Assembly: GCA_051362555.1 (NCBI GenBank)
Contig: CM120643.1
Location: 27,656,848-27,720,847, forward strand
From: Lingula anatina
Lineage: Eukaryota > Animalia > Brachiopoda
Reading direction: 5' to 3'
Length of the DNA: 64,000 nucleotides
A model generated the notes under the pieces. The model was given only the letters and a program-made list of their open reading frames with translations, did no database searches and had not been told where the DNA came from. Positions within the stretch are counted from its first letter, which is position 1. Every line of letters begins with the position of its first letter. The translations under genes were made by a program, and so were the position numbers. This document shows positions 36,769 to 52,500 of the stretch, one piece after another.

Positions 36769-39700
36769 CTACTTCACATCACACAACAATGCCACACCAC
36801 GGAGGATCCAGTGGTCTGGATTCTGGGTCGTCTTCAACTCCACCTCAGCGATGTAGGTCAAGTCCGTTCTTCTTGGTTTCTTGTAAATTGGCGAGAGATA
36901 CATGCGCGGGTCATGGCCACCAGTGCTGTTAATGGCATAGATGTGAATGACTGGCATGGGCTCGTAGAGCACCTTGGGCTTCGGCTCAATGAGTTTGCAG
37001 CCACGTCTATCCCAGGATGCACCTTCCAGGAAGAGACCCTGGACGTAAACGCCCTCTGCTGGCGGCTGGTTGATGTCGTCTTTCATGTAGCGTGTGACGT
37101 CATTGTGGAGGACGACTGTATCCAGCGCCCAGCCTTTGTGGGCTCTGGTCACCTCCTGGAATCACAAGATACAAAAATGGGTGAATAAAAATGAACAAAC
37201 AAAAATAAATATATAACAATAAGTAAACAATAAATAAATAAATAATAATAATATTCACACATTTAAGCATCTACATCATCCACTGTTACTGATGAAAAAA
37301 ACTTTTTATAAGTTTTTCTTAATCAAGAAAATCATCTCTACAACTGGATTTGAGTATTGGTATCAAATCAAACACACAAAAGGTACAGGATTAACCCTTT
37401 AAAGCCATGTCAGCCAGCCATTACCTGTCTCATAGCAGTGAGGAAACCCTGAGGGTTAAAGAAACCTGTCATCCAGAAAGTGTTTGGTCGTCCTTCAAAG
37501 CACCAGTTACTGAACTGGTTGTTTCTCTCAATCAGCTCAGTAAACCAGAACCCAAGTGTGCTGGACTCCCATGAGATCTGTAAACAAAACACACAATTAG
37601 GTGTTTATAATAAATAGATAAATAAATGAAAAAATAAAATAAAAAAAAATAGAACAGGGTGCATGTATATCTGGAAATGCAAATATATTATAACAATATT
37701 TTAAAACAATTAAGAAAAATGTTTTTTTCAGTCAAATTGGATTTTCTGGATAATATGACATTAATAAAACAACCTGTTTAACAAGTGGTTTTACCTTTTT
37801 CCAAGCTGCAGGTATACGGGCATCATACATGCAGTCCAATGCATCCCTCAAACTCTCGCTCATGATAATAGTGCCCTCTATTGCCAGTTTTAGATCTGTC
37901 AAAGTCGTGCGCACAGTTGTAATAACCTTCTGCATGCGGTCTATCTCCTGGCGCAGGAAGATATTCATGGGCTGCAAAGCGCCCATCTTCTGCAGACGTG
38001 CCTTGACTTCGAAGGGAATGTAGTCATTGGGGAGTTTTTCCAACATGTCGTCTGACAGACGGAACACGACAGACTCACGAGTCTCACCGCTGCCGCCACC
38101 ACTGTCCTTAGGCATAATGCTGAGGATGCAGTCTAGGATGTTCTTGGCTGTCTTAGTCTGGTATCTGTAACAGTGGAATAAACAGTGAAATTCTGAATAT
38201 TGCAGACATTAGGTTGATGTTAAAAAATGAAAAGAAATAAATTTTGGTATTCATCTACATATTGAATTTTTTTAACCATAGAAAAACTGAAGCACAAACT
38301 TTTTTTTGTTATCAAAATGATGAATGCTCTTGTAAAAGTCAGACGTGTTCACACTTACGTGATGTCAGCATTGGGGTGTAGACCAAAGGCCTCAGGGGTG
38401 TCAGCCAGGGGCAGGTTTTGGATGAAGGTCATGTAGTCATCCAGCTTAGTGCACTTAGGGATGGTATAACCCTTGTAGAAGTTGAAGTTTGCACCAAACA
38501 TGTGGTCTCCAAACCACACACGGCAGAAGGTATTTAGCAGACGTTTATCATAGTCGTCTGTCACTCTGCCGCCATATTGGATTTCACCAAACATGTAGCG
38601 TACAGTGTTCCAGCTTACTCCCTTGAAAAGAGAAATAGGAATAATAATATAATACATTTTCATCTGTAAGTTTTGTGAAAGTATAAAACATTACAAGAAA
38701 TAAAACAGATACAGAAATATCGTTCTATTTTGTGCATATTTAGCTCATGCATGCACGATATTGATATAAAATCAAAATAAAATTGTTTATATAATTAACT
38801 CAAACTTTTGATTAAGGAAAATCAACAGCAATTCATTTCACAGCAGAAAAGACCTGTCTAATAACTTTCAAAGCTTGTAAAACAAAATCAAAATATTAAA
38901 ATCTTACCCTCTTAATGTCCATGTCATCAAGATGATTCTGAACAAACTGGACACTGGCATTAAAGTCCGAGGTGTTGAACTCATATGGAATATTCCACCC
39001 AAGAGGTCCAAACTTCCTTCTCTCCTGTACTGTGGTGTGAAGGAAGGCGACACCGTACAACATTGGCTTCCACTGAGGCATGTTGGACACGTCCAAGAAA
39101 TCCTGTGTGAAGCCCGCGTAGGAACGCTTCAGCCCTGCCTTGATACCCTGTGGAGGCTCATTGGAGAACTTAATGGAGATCTGGAAACAGAGGAAGAAAA
39201 TTTGTAATAATCTACATCTAAATGTGAACATAGCAATTTTTAGGCATCTAGATGGAAAAAATTGGAAAAAATGTTAAAAACTGCAATGATCTCATTACTG
39301 CAACTGGATTTCAATTCCATCATTAACATTGTAAAATCAGCAATCACACAAATCTTACATGCTGCATATTTCTTTATAACTCTGATTAATAATCAGTAAC
39401 AATGAATATATAACTCTTAGGATTATGAAACAAATATGAAAAATCAGTGAAAAAACTTCTAAAAACCTCACCTGCAGGAACCCAATGGGGAATTTAGGAT
39501 GGACCTCTGTGGTCACCCACAACCTGAAGTCCTCATGGATGTTCTCCGTCTCCGTCATCAGGTCCAGTAGCTCCATCACATACACTAGACACAGGTGACA
39601 GTTCTGGAGGAGAGCCCAGCCGCCCTGAGACATCAGCTTGGTCAGAAGTTTCCTGGCGTGGACCTCTTGACCTTGACCCATGGAGATGGCGCCACATTCT

Positions 39701-41755
39701 GTAATGGCGGAAAAGAAAAGTTGTAACTAATCAACAAAACAAAGAAAAAAAAATTTAATTCCGGATTATGGACCAAGGAAGCAGGCAGCAAAGCTGTCAA
39801 ATGGAAAAGTGGACAGTCTGAGAACATTGTTCAAGACTGAAATTTTATTTGGACAAAAACTGATCATTTGTTTCAATTGCTGCTATACGTACCAAGTTTG
39901 TGTTTCTTGGCGAGAGCTTCAATGCTGTTGGTTGGATCAGAGCCCATTGACAGCAGACCAATCAGAGGTGTCCTTGGATCTGACTCCTCCCACATTTTCT
40001 CCACATCAAGAATGACACCTGAATTAATTACATAAAAATATTATAATTAAGAACATATAATATTTTATCATTAAAATGAGTGTGACAATAACTTCATCCA
40101 TGTTAAGTTATATAAAGATTTTCAAGTTTACAAGTAGTCCATAACATTGAATAGTACATACTTGCTCAAAACATATTTTTAAAACTTTAAAATGTAACAT
40201 GACATAAAAATAATTTTTTTTTAAAATTGATAAATACATTTGATACATATTTTAATACAGCACTCTAATAAGATGATTCTTTCAGACCTAAAAATGCTCA
40301 AATATAACTTTCAAATTATTCTGAAACATTTTTTCATACCTTCTGCATATTTCTCTCCCAGAGTATCAGCAATATACTTCTTGGCCATGGGGAGTGTGCG
40401 ATCTGGACACCAGCTCCTCACCAAGAGCAGACGACGGAAAACGTCCAGGGAATTATTGTAGCCATCAGGAATCACCTCCTCCTCTGGGGCATCTTTATCA
40501 AACCACTGCTTCCACTGTTTCTCATTTCTGGAGACTTGGTCCAGGATGCCAGAAAACTGGTGAAGATTGCTCAGTTCTACCAGGTTCAGCCAAGTGAGAT
40601 CAAGGATCCATCTGCATGGTTTGGGGGTCACAACATTCAAATCAAGGGCAGCGCCACCTGTATGGGGAAGATCATGAAATAATACTTTACTTATGGTGTT
40701 AATGTGTCCTTAACATGAAAAACATCTGGGAAATTTCAAGTAAATAGAATCCTTTTGCCTGAAAGTCTTCCAACATAAAATGGGAAGCATTTCAAATGAT
40801 ATTCTTTGTACAACAATTCAAAATGTCATGAAATAACATATCTTTACACAGCATGAACATACACTTAGAAACAAAGAACAAATTTAAAAAGTTAAAATTC
40901 TAATTATATCTTTAAAATAAGTAGTGAAAAAATAAATAAATAAAAACACACTCACCCTTGATAAATGTCTGGTACTCCTCATGCTTAATCTTCCCTGCCT
41001 GCATGTCAATTTTCAGTGCGAGTTGCAGTGTGAACATCAGCTTATGCTCCTCATATAGGCCACGCGCTGCATATTTCCACACCTCAAATGTCATATACTC
41101 GATGATGTTTGAGATACGTTTCTGGGTGATAGGCGACTTCATAGAACGCTCCATGGAGAGATCAAAAAGTCCCAGGAACTGTTTGAGAGCTGTCTGGTAC
41201 ATGCAGCTCACCATGCTCATGTCAGTGATCAAGAAGTACAAGATGCTCCCTCTGGTGGCGACTGGTCGGTACTCCTCACGAGCAGCGGTTATTTTGACCT
41301 CGGTCTCGGCAGCAATTTGAAGTTTTTGACTGACATCTTGGGCCGTGGCTTTCGTGGTATGAAGGACGTTGATCAAGTCTTCGTCATCCACCAGCGAGCC
41401 CTGGTAAAAATTGAAATGCAAGATGTCAGATACATGCTTATTTTTTATTACCTGTGTGCTTGTCAATGGAGAAGAAATCAAAGAGTCTCTTATGTGAATA
41501 GTCTATAATTTGTTAATTTTATCCAAGATGGCTGCCCGCCTACCTGTGTACTGGTCAGCCTGAACAGAAGGTTATCTTCCAGTTCTTTCATCTTTCTCTT
41601 GTTTGCCGTCACATCTTCCATTAGTTTGACCCTCTCACTTTCCAGTTCCTGCAGAAAAATTGGGAACAATAAAGCTATCAGTTCTAGGGATCAAAAATAC
41701 TCCGTGTTTCAGAATAAATATTTTCATGTCTGGTAAAGGAATATATCCATAAGGA

Positions 41756-41786
<31 letters not shown>

Positions 41787-43394
41787 ATTTTCTTTATTTG
41801 GTTAACCTTAATTTAATTATCAATCTCTGTCATATTTTTGCACATTTGACTAATTCATCATCCTTTTTTTTTTATTAGTAATCGAAATAAACAAAAACCT
41901 AATAAAACAAGGCAAAATAAGGAATGAGAATGGTTATCAGCATGCAGATCTGAATTCCAACAATTTATTATAGGATGTATTTTGAACATCATATATAATT
42001 CACAGTGCATTATATATTTTTGTCTTATGTACTCACAGCTTTCTCAGTGAGGATGACCCGTCCCAGCAGCTGATCCTCCAGACCCTTCATGGTGACTGTG
42101 AAGTCAATGATGGAGGTCTTGGCAGACACCTCAGGGGTATAGCTGGGGTTGGGCAGCTTGGTGGTGATATACAGTGTGAACCCATCCATTACATCCACCT
42201 CCTTGTCTCCCACCTTCACCTTCAGGGTTTTACCTGGAAACACACAGAGGGGGTGTCTTTAGTATGGAGGCCTTTTCTCTTTGGAGATTGTGTGGGAGAT
42301 GGAATTGTTAAATCTATGGGACTTTTTTGGATTTTGAAGTATCAATAAAAAATAAGAAATGAAATGATTTAAAATGAACCTTTTGCATTCAATTATTGAA
42401 TTAATTAGTGAAGATGATATTGATATTTTTGGTGTATTTTTAACAAGGGAAAACCTTAAATAAGAAAATACTGACTTGATATTAATACATCAAGTCAATT
42501 AAAATGAAAGCACCAAGCTTCAAATTTGAATCATCAATATCATTATTAAACAAAATGTCACACAATATAATAAATGGGACTTTTGAGATGTCAAATACAA
42601 AGTCTAACATAATTCTTCATATCCATCCAGTACAGATCATGTCCATGATTTACATGTCATAGATAAATGATACCAGTTTCAAGGACCCACAAGGGTGTTT
42701 TCCTTCAGGTCCGTACCTGATTTGATAAAGTTCTTCTCCAGGACATTGTCCAGAGCAGGGTCCAGTTCCTCGCCGATGTCCTCTATGATGAGTGGACGGC
42801 CCAGGGACAGGGCGTCCTCCAGGTGTTGGCGGAAATATTTGTGGTTCAGGTTGGAGATCTGAGGAGAAAGTGATATGACTTATTCCATTAAGTTGCATTG
42901 TGTTGGTGGTACCCAAAATTTTATATAATTAACTAAAGTTAATGTTCATGTAAAAAACAAAATCTTATTTTTCTAAAATACTACCTTGTTGGACTGATAA
43001 TATATCTGCAAAAGGTGACTTGGTTCAGGGCAACTGGTACATTAAAGTGAGTACAATTATAAATCCAGGAACAAGAGAAATGTATGAAGTTCAAAGTATT
43101 AGGTAACTACTGTGAGGTGCCCCCTACCTGTAACTCATTCCCTCCCTCTCTGTTCTTGATCCAGTTCTTCCCCTGACCCTGAGGGTCCACTAGGAGAGGG
43201 TAGCGGGAAGCCTTGGTCACTATCAAACCATTTTGGACGGACAGGTCATCATTGGGCAGTCCTTGCAAGTTCCACTCCGCAATCTGAAAGAAAATACAAA
43301 CAATAGTTATATGTTACAGTTAGCACCTTCACATGAACAGGGAATTCAGCTGTGACCAAGTCTGTCAGAGTGAAGAGATGAAATGAATACGCTA

Positions 43395-43445
<51 letters not shown>

Positions 43446-43485
43446 ATACATGAACGAACAAACAAAAAAATGAAAAAGAAACATA

Positions 43486-43532
<47 letters not shown>

Positions 43533-43551
43533 ATGAAAAGAATCAAACAAA

Positions 43552-43586
<35 letters not shown>

Positions 43587-46500
43587 ATACACAAACTAAG
43601 AAAAAAAATATGAATTCCAGCCTCACTCACAGTGGTGGGTAGGACCAGCATGTCAATGACATTGAGGTTGGCAGTGAATGGAATCTTCCTGGTCTTACAT
43701 TCCTTCTGCCAGTTTTTGCTGAGGAGCTGGCGGAAGTCCTGGTTGAAGGGGCCGGAGTAGGACAGGAAGGCCGTTGACATCAGGATGTCACCAACTAGTC
43801 TGGAGTGGGAAGACGGTGTAAAGATTAATTCTGTGTTTTCTGAAACCTTTTACTTAATAATTCACGCCTTCCCTAATCAATTCTTTCTATCTGTCTGTCT
43901 TTTGGATCTTTCTTTACTTCTCTCTTTACATAAGTACAAAAAATCAAACTGTAAGCATGAACAATTTAGCAAAAAAAAGGTCCATTACTTAGCAATGAGA
44001 AACAACTAAAAAATAAACAATCCAATTAAAAGTTAGGCTAATATTAATTTATTACTAGACATAAATTTCATTTTATGAGTTCAGAAACCAGTCAGTTTGA
44101 GTACCTTCCAATCTGTGCCTTGAACTCTTTATTCTGCTCCGTCCACCTGACCTTCTCACCGCCCAGACCCGTAATCAGAGCAGACGCCGCGCTCATTTTG
44201 CGACGACAGTTCTCTGCATCATCAATCAGTGCCTGTGGGAAATATATATAATGGAGCATTTTCATTTTTATACATACATCTCATATATTACCTTATCAAA
44301 TACTAACTAATGGTTCAAAATCTTAATGCATAAATAAATAATTCCATTTTTTCTTCTGTACTTTTCAAATCTGACAAAAAGCAGTTATTGTTTTAAGTCT
44401 CTGAAATAAATCCCTAGGAATTAAAAAATAATTTAGCTTAGTTTAAAAGTATAGAAAAGTATTAGTACCAGGCTAAGCATCAAAACTAATTAAATTATTT
44501 GCTTACTTGTTTTTCTCTCATAGCTTTGTCATACATGGCCTGCACTTCCCGCAGCTCAGCCTCTTTCTCATCCAGCTGAGCTTGGGCAGCATTCAGGTCA
44601 GTCATGGCCACATTGAGGCGAGCCTCTTGAACAACCAAGTTTGCCTAAAGTGGGAAAGGATGATTATTCAAAATGATGAAAATTTAAAGAAAATGACATG
44701 GAACAGTGCAACAAGTGGTGTTTTTTAAAACTATTTTTCACTATTTTTGGGCTAGAACATCTCAATATGTAGAGTTGACTTTGCAATCTTTTCGCATATG
44801 ACTATTCCACAGTACAAATTACTGATGTGAGACAATGAGCTATTTCACTATGTAGAATTAAAAAAAAAATGTTGGCAAGGCAATCATAATGTGCTTCAGG
44901 CTTTATAATGGAATGGAGAAAAATGCCTCATTAACAAGCGGTCTTTAAGATTCTTTGTGAATTCAACAACACCAATGGCAACATCCATGGCCGCAGTGTT
45001 TACTAAAACTGATTTTTGACTGACGACATTTTGTTACACAACAATTCCTCTACGTCTGAGATCTCACCTTCAATGGCAGGACCTCCTTGTTGATGGTAAA
45101 GAAGTAGGCCATTGCCTGTGTCCAGGAACACAACCCAGCAACGTTACCACACACCTTCTTCGCTGTCTCCAGGTTATAATCCTCCATATCCAGGTACGGA
45201 GCCAGGAGTTCCACTGTTTCCTCGTTGATGCTGTCTTTGGGGAACTCTACAAGCTGTGTGAGGAGGCCACCACCTGCCATCATCTGCATATCAAAATGTA
45301 TGAGTATCAATGAGTGCCCATAGTTATTACAGGTAATATTAGATCCAGAATTCTTTTTAATAATTATAATAAAAAAACACTATCTGTCCAAATTATAACC
45401 TTATCAAATCACATTTAACAATTTTATTCCATGCAGAAGTGGAAAACATCCAATATTTTTTTCTTTTGTCATTTTTATTTCTTTCACCAATCAATATACA
45501 TACTCAGAATTCATTATAGTTACTTCCAATATTTGCACAATTTTAAACCATGATAACTGATCATTTCCAATACTTGTAGTACTTATACCCACAAAAGCTG
45601 TGTTTATTATCTTATTATTATCATTTATTTCTATTATGATTAAAAGCCATAATAACTATGTACAATCATTTTTCACTATCTGTCCTGTTTCTACCCACCT
45701 TCAAGGACTCTCCCCAGGAGGGTTTGACACAAGGTCTGTCCTTGTCCACTTCCACAGGATTCACTCTGCGCTGGAACAAGATCAACACGCAGTCCATGAT
45801 CCTCATAATTAAGTGGGGGGGATTCAGAAGTTTTCGCACGGTGGCTATGTCAGCTGGTTTGATGGTTTTCAGGGCAGCTTCAGCTTCCTCCAGAGCAGGG
45901 CGGGCAGCCTCAAGTTTCCCCTCGGCTATGGCTTTGTCAGCTTCGATGCTGTCTACAATGGCCTGGGCCTTGTCCTTGACCTTTTGTACCTAATGTTGGA
46001 GATAACATAAATGATAAATGTATGATGAATGTGAAGTGTGGATATAGTAGCTAGATATTTCAGAATAACCAAAATATTTAGACCACTATTTTACCATGTT
46101 GTATAAAGGAAGACAGGTTGCTGGCTACAAGTGTGCATAACTTCAAGTTATATGCCGTAAAACACCAAATGTTTCCAAACACCTTTTGAAAAAAAAAAAA
46201 AAGAAAAAGAAAAGTAAGAGCACATTTCAAATCCCCTTGTCACCATATTTTTAAATATATTTTCAACATTCAAGCCAGACTCAAGGCCAGTGTATTTCAA
46301 ACCAACATACATTATTACCACAGGATTCCTAGAAATTCTAGTAAAAAAGACCATGTTAAGAGCACAATTTTCAAGGAATGCCTACCTGATTCTTGACTTT
46401 CTCAGCAGCCTGTGCCTTGGAGGTGACAGTCTTCAGTACCTCCTCTGCCTTGGCCGAGGCTATGGCCAGCTCCTTTTCCTTCACTTCCAGCTCCTTACTA

Positions 46501-49500
46501 AGCTCGCCCACGGCCTCCGAGGCCTCCACAAGCTTCTCAAGACCTGGGGAGGACAGATATCATGTTGAGATTTTGGAATACAGGTTAAAGCCATTTTGCC
46601 ACACTGAGTATTGGTATTTTTCTTGTTGGCATCTTCGGGTGGATACAAAGTTAGGGTTACTTAGAAAAAACAGGTTTAAAATCATCATCATCATCATTAT
46701 AATCAATATAGTTATCATTATCATCATAATTATTTATTATCAATATTATCATTATTATCATCAGTATAAATACTATGATCATTATTGTGATCGCTATTAA
46801 TACTATCATTATTATCAATACTATTATTATCATCAATACTTTCATCATTATCAATATTATCCTTATTATCATTATAATCTCACCAGTCTGCATCCTCTGA
46901 GAGAGCTCTCCAATCTCTCCACGCTTGTCACTGTAGATGGTCTTGTACCCAGCCAAGAAGGACAGGTACGACTTGGGGGTCACATGGGTAGAGCGACGAT
47001 ATCTGAAAAAAAAAAAAAAGGTATGTGACTAACTCAGCTAACAAAGCATAGATGCATCTATAATTTAATCCTTCCTTTGAATAAAAATTATGGAATAAAT
47101 CATTACTTTAATTAACATTTCTAAATTCAAAGAAAAAAATATTTAATAATCAGAAAAAGTGAGAGGAGGAACAAGGATACTAAATGTCATAGTGTTGTTT
47201 TCCTTAGAAAAAAAATCATGATTACACAGCAGACAGTGTGTTAGATGTGACAGTGTGTTAGCTATGACAGTGTGTTAGATGTGACAGTGTGTTAGATGTG
47301 ACAGTGTGTTAGATGTGACAGTGTGTTAGCTATTACAGTGTGTTAGATGTGACAGTGTGTTAGCTATTACAGTGTGTTAGATGTGGCAGTGTGTTAGATG
47401 TGACAGTAAACAACCCATCACAGCCCATCCCCTACCTCTGGAAATATTCCACACAACTCTCAGCCACGCCATCGTGGAAAGTCCCCATGGCCTGGATCAG
47501 CTGCTTCTTCACCTCTGGCGTACACTCGATGTCAAACTTGGACAGGAAGTGGTCAGCGACAGCAATCAGAGCGTCCTTGGGCCAGCGCTGGAACCAGTCC
47601 ATGGTACAGCCAGAGATGAGACCAGGGAACTTCAGTGCTCGGCTGCGAAACTTTTCACCAACCTAGCGGCAAGAAAATGAAAAGAGCTTTGTCAGTTGTA
47701 TTTTTCTTCATTTTGTTATTTGTCAAAAATAGTTAAGTTAACAAATATCTATTTATTTAATTCAATAGTTTGCTCCCTTCCCCTCCCAACCGCTTCATGA
47801 TACTATTACTCTTCTGTTCCTGGTAATAAGATAAAAAAAGGACCCCTTAAGAGTTTTACTTACAGGTGAGAAGCAGAGGACGACGTGAAGATTAGCCCTG
47901 GTACGAGACAGGAAGTAATCATAGAGGTTCTCGTTACTGGGTGGTCGCCGTGGAAACTCCTTCTTCATGACTGGGATCAACTCCATGGTAATTTCATCCA
48001 TCTCGTCTCGGGCAAACAGGTTGGAGACCTGAAGAGGGCAAATGCTTATCATTTCTTTTTCATATTGCTGGTAAATATCTCTGTCACAAGGGCAACATTA
48101 CCATTAATAACACTAACAGGATAAAAACAACATGAAATTTAATAACTCAAAACTTTGATATTTTTTATCTACCCATGTTTTAGTTTCCACTCACCACACC
48201 AGAGGACAGCACATTGTTCAGGTATTCCAAGAAGCCCTCATCCTTGATCTCCTGGTCAGTGAAGATGAAGGTGATGCCCTGACCCTGCTGACCAGCTGTC
48301 CTGTACAGGTACTTCAGGTCCTCCATCAGGTTACTCACATTGTAGGACCTGGGTGTGGGAAAGTGAAAGTGAAACTGGTGTGACAATGGATTGTGTAAGG
48401 GGAAAGTGAAAGTGAAACTGGTAAGCAATGGACTAAAAGTGAAACTGGTGTGGCAGTGGGGCCAAAGTTAACCTAATGAGTTTAATTTCATGCACCAAAT
48501 GAAAAAAAGTCATTTGTACTGCAAGCTGTTCATATGATGAGCGCATTCTGTACTTCTATAACATTTATCATTAATAATCAAAATCTCTATTAAATCATTT
48601 TTTGGTTTTCAGTTTTCATTTCATCCTGTTCAAAGCTATGTGATGATTTGATTAAAATTTTTGTAAAGTAAATTGGTAAATTTTTGCTTCACTTTTTCTC
48701 TTTTATGGTGTTAAAGCAGATATGGCATAAAAACTGATGATTATATTTTTGGAAGAAAAGTTTACCCCAGTCTAAACATAACTTACCTAGTAAGCGTAAT
48801 CTGGAATATCTTGTATCCTGCAATGAAGGAAGCCAATTTTGTCAACGACTGTTTGCCAGAACCTCCTACGCCAACCAGCAGTGCGTTACCACGCGGTGTA
48901 CGAATGATACGAGAAATCTTCACCAAGTGTGTCATGGCATCTCGGAAAAACACCAAATCCATGTTAGCGCCTCTTATGCTCTCATTGTACTGTGCCATGA
49001 AGAATCGAAGCCTCTCTTCCAGGGCTTCAAATGATGGAATCTACAATTTCAACAGAATGAGATATTACAAGAAATGCTTAATGGTAATTTGCCCCAATGT
49101 AAGTACTTTCAAATCATAAAATTTACAACTAAGACTTCCACTTCCATTTAACAGACAAGTACAGAGCATTTTCAAAACAATGCTGTAATATTGAGAAAAA
49201 GTATGTATTTGAAATAAGTTTTATATGCTATAAAACTATGCTGCCCACACCATGTTGAATCTTCCCCTTCGTCCACTCCATTGACCTCTGACCTCTCAAT
49301 GACCTCACACATGACCTGTCATATTACAAATGCCCATTCACCAATTCACACAAAATATTTTCCACCAAATAATCATGAACACAACAAAATCTGTTCATCA
49401 TTAAGGAAACATCTACGTACGGGTTCATAAATCTTGGGCATGTCAAAGTCTGCATCCTCTGGTTCGTCCCCTGTAGCCTCTGGGGCATCTCTAGAGTATG

Positions 49501-52500
49501 AAGAAAAAAGAACACATTTAGCAAAAGTAAACTTGAATGTTTATTGAGCTGAAAAACATGATCAGGATCAATATGAGTCTGTAGGACATTCAGATCATTA
49601 GAATTTACAATTTCAAAAAGTAATAATTAAGAAAAGAAATATTATTATGGAAAAATCTAATACTGAATAAAAAATCTCTAAGAAATGATATTAGAGAAGT
49701 CACTTGGTTTTCACTTATTTTCAGTCATACACTGTGACATGAGGTGATGCAGAAGCCACCATGCATGCATTTTCTATTATTTGGTGTGAGCATGCATGTG
49801 CATGTGTGAAAATATACGGGTTATAATGAGGTTATTTCATAATTGTTATAATTTACATTAATAATGTGCAATTTTCAATGCAAACAGCCTCACAACAGTA
49901 AGTGTTTTCAATCCATTATGATGTTAAACACAATGACAATGACAACTTGTTAATACCTCAGGAAGTCCACAAACCAGTGCGTCTGCTGCGTGTGTTCTGA
50001 AATCTCTTCTCCAATCTCCTCAGTGATCACACGGCCCATGGTTTTCTCGAACCACTTGTAGTCGTCAAAGTTAGTGAACCTGTCACGGGTGAGAGGTGTG
50101 CAAACAGTGCATCAGTGACCACAGTCAACAACACAAATTGTGCAAGTTAATAATGGATTAAATCCAATGTTATATTTAAAAAAAAATCATCATTTTTCTG
50201 GATTTCACTGTAGTCGCAGTTGTGAAACTCCTCTCTCCAGATTAAATAATTAGTAACCAATCATGTTAGCTGAAATAAGAATACTGGCACAATCTGTGTT
50301 CAACCTTTTCTCTTCCAAATAATTCCTCTTACAATATGGCATTCAAGACTGAAAACAAAGATTGGTTAAAATATAAACATAGCAACCAAAGTGCCCTGAA
50401 ACAAAGTTAACACACATCAGATTAGTTGGTTTCAAACAATACCATGCACCCCTCCCCCCTCTCCCATTCCTCCAAACATCAGTGCCTCCAACACAACCCA
50501 GTCCATGTGCTGCAGTGACCAGTGGTCAGTCCTGGTCAGTTTTACCTAAAGAAGTCCCCAAACCAGGGTTCCAGCTCAACCATGGGGACTTTGGCCTCTC
50601 CGATATCCTCTCTCACCACGCGAGACACGGTGCTAACAAACCAGGTGTAGTCATCGTATGATGTGAACCTGCAGGAGTTTGTGTTACAAAGGTGATGAAA
50701 TAAACATTCAATATATTAGGTCTTGTGGCTCCTTTGGCACCATGCACTGTCAACCTAGACTGTGGATAAGACTCCAATGATACTGGTATATCACACTTAA
50801 CACACAGGAAACATGGAATGAAGGCCTTTTCATTTTTTCCTTAATCAAAGTGCCATAATATATATTACCAATGCTCTGACTTTACAATTTTAGAATGATT
50901 ATAAAACATGCGGTTTTCATGATAAAAGTACATCAGCTGATTTGCTTGTCTAGCCCTGGAATTATTTCTTTTTTATCTAAGCATCCTATTATATCAGGCT
51001 CAAACCCAATCTTTATGCACATAGACACTTCTAATAGGGCATTCACATTAGAAAGTTAACCGCAGTCGAGATAACTCCAATTGAATCGCGGTCAACTAAA
51101 CCGAGATTATTTGCGTTCACATTGGAACCGGCAGTGATCAGTTGCGATAGAATTTCAGCAATCGTACTTCCTGTTAAGCATGTGCTCTATCGTTTGGATA
51201 TGTAATAATCCAACCCTTTACATTTAATTTCTTCATTTCAGATATATGAGTTTACCCCATAACGGTGACAAAAGGTAAACATCCAGTCTTGACCGCGATT
51301 CGGAGTTAACTCTGATTTAACCCAGCTCCCGATCTGAGTTTATTTCGACCGCAGTCAGGGGTATGTCGTCCGTTCACATTAGAAAAGTTAACCGCTATAG
51401 GACCGAGGTCAGGCCTTAACCGCGGTCAAAAGTGCTAGTGTGAATAGCCTATTTTCAACAATGAATTATCTTATCAATTATATCAATCTGAAATTGAAGA
51501 ATCTAAAATTTTCTAAACTGTTTCACCTGTCAGATATGACCCTGCAGCACTCATGTTTCCACAGCGCCATGACTGTCTTTTCGTCCTTAACGACCTCAAA
51601 CTCAGTGTTGATCATGCCCTGCCAGATACGGGACAGATCACGCAAGTTAAAGATGTAGTGGAACTTGGCAGGGGTCGGCAACATCTTGATCTGGAGAGGA
51701 AGGATGAAAATAATTATGAAGCTTGGTTAACATCCAGATGACACCTCTGACATGAAGGATTTATTGATTGTATAGAAATACTGAGAACTTATTATATAGA
51801 GAAGACTATTCAGAAAAATAAAAGATGTGAATGACAGTTAACATATCCACCTGGGCAAATTTTAGTTTGATTGCACAAATATTAATAGGCACTTAATAAA
51901 GCAAATTTGTTTATTGTACTCAATAGAAACATGGAAAAGTCATCAATTGCAGAAAAGACGTTTTTAGAATAGCTGTTAGAAACCATGTGAGCACCAAAAT
52001 TTTACTGACACCTACCTTAGTGAGCTGCCAAAGTCGTCTTGTTACAGGCACCAATCTTGCAATCAACTTCCTCACAGCCTCCGAAAACCCCCTCTCCTGG
52101 CAGTAGTGACCCTCGCCAATACAGCTGAAGATTTTGTCAATGGACGGGTTAGAAGGCAGCGTGCAGTTAAAGATGGTGAACTGTCTCTTCAGACGCTGTG
52201 GGATGTCGTTACGACCACCACCAGGGTGAATCATGGCTGCCAAGAACTGGAAATAGAGGGAGCCACAAGAGAGTGAGTATTCTGGCATTTATGAAGCTGT
52301 ACAATGCAGTGACTGGTCTCCTTTACTTTGATGAAATATGAGTGAAAAACTATTATTCCTGTGTTTTTGTTTTTCTTTCTTATCACAATAACTCAGATTT
52401 TTGTGTATACTTTTTATTTGTACTGTGTTTTGTTGTCAGTAAATGTCTGCAAGTGTACGTGTACATGTGCGTGTGTATGTACATGTGTGTGCAGATATAA

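Noticed and set aside
43249-43630. IYLF-repeat ORFs, and similar IYIY/VCVC ORFs at 9493 and 28964
   Set aside because: Translations of microsatellites.
47232-47407. 17-bp repeat as a CRISPR-like or functional array
   Set aside because: No spacers; an ordinary intronic minisatellite.
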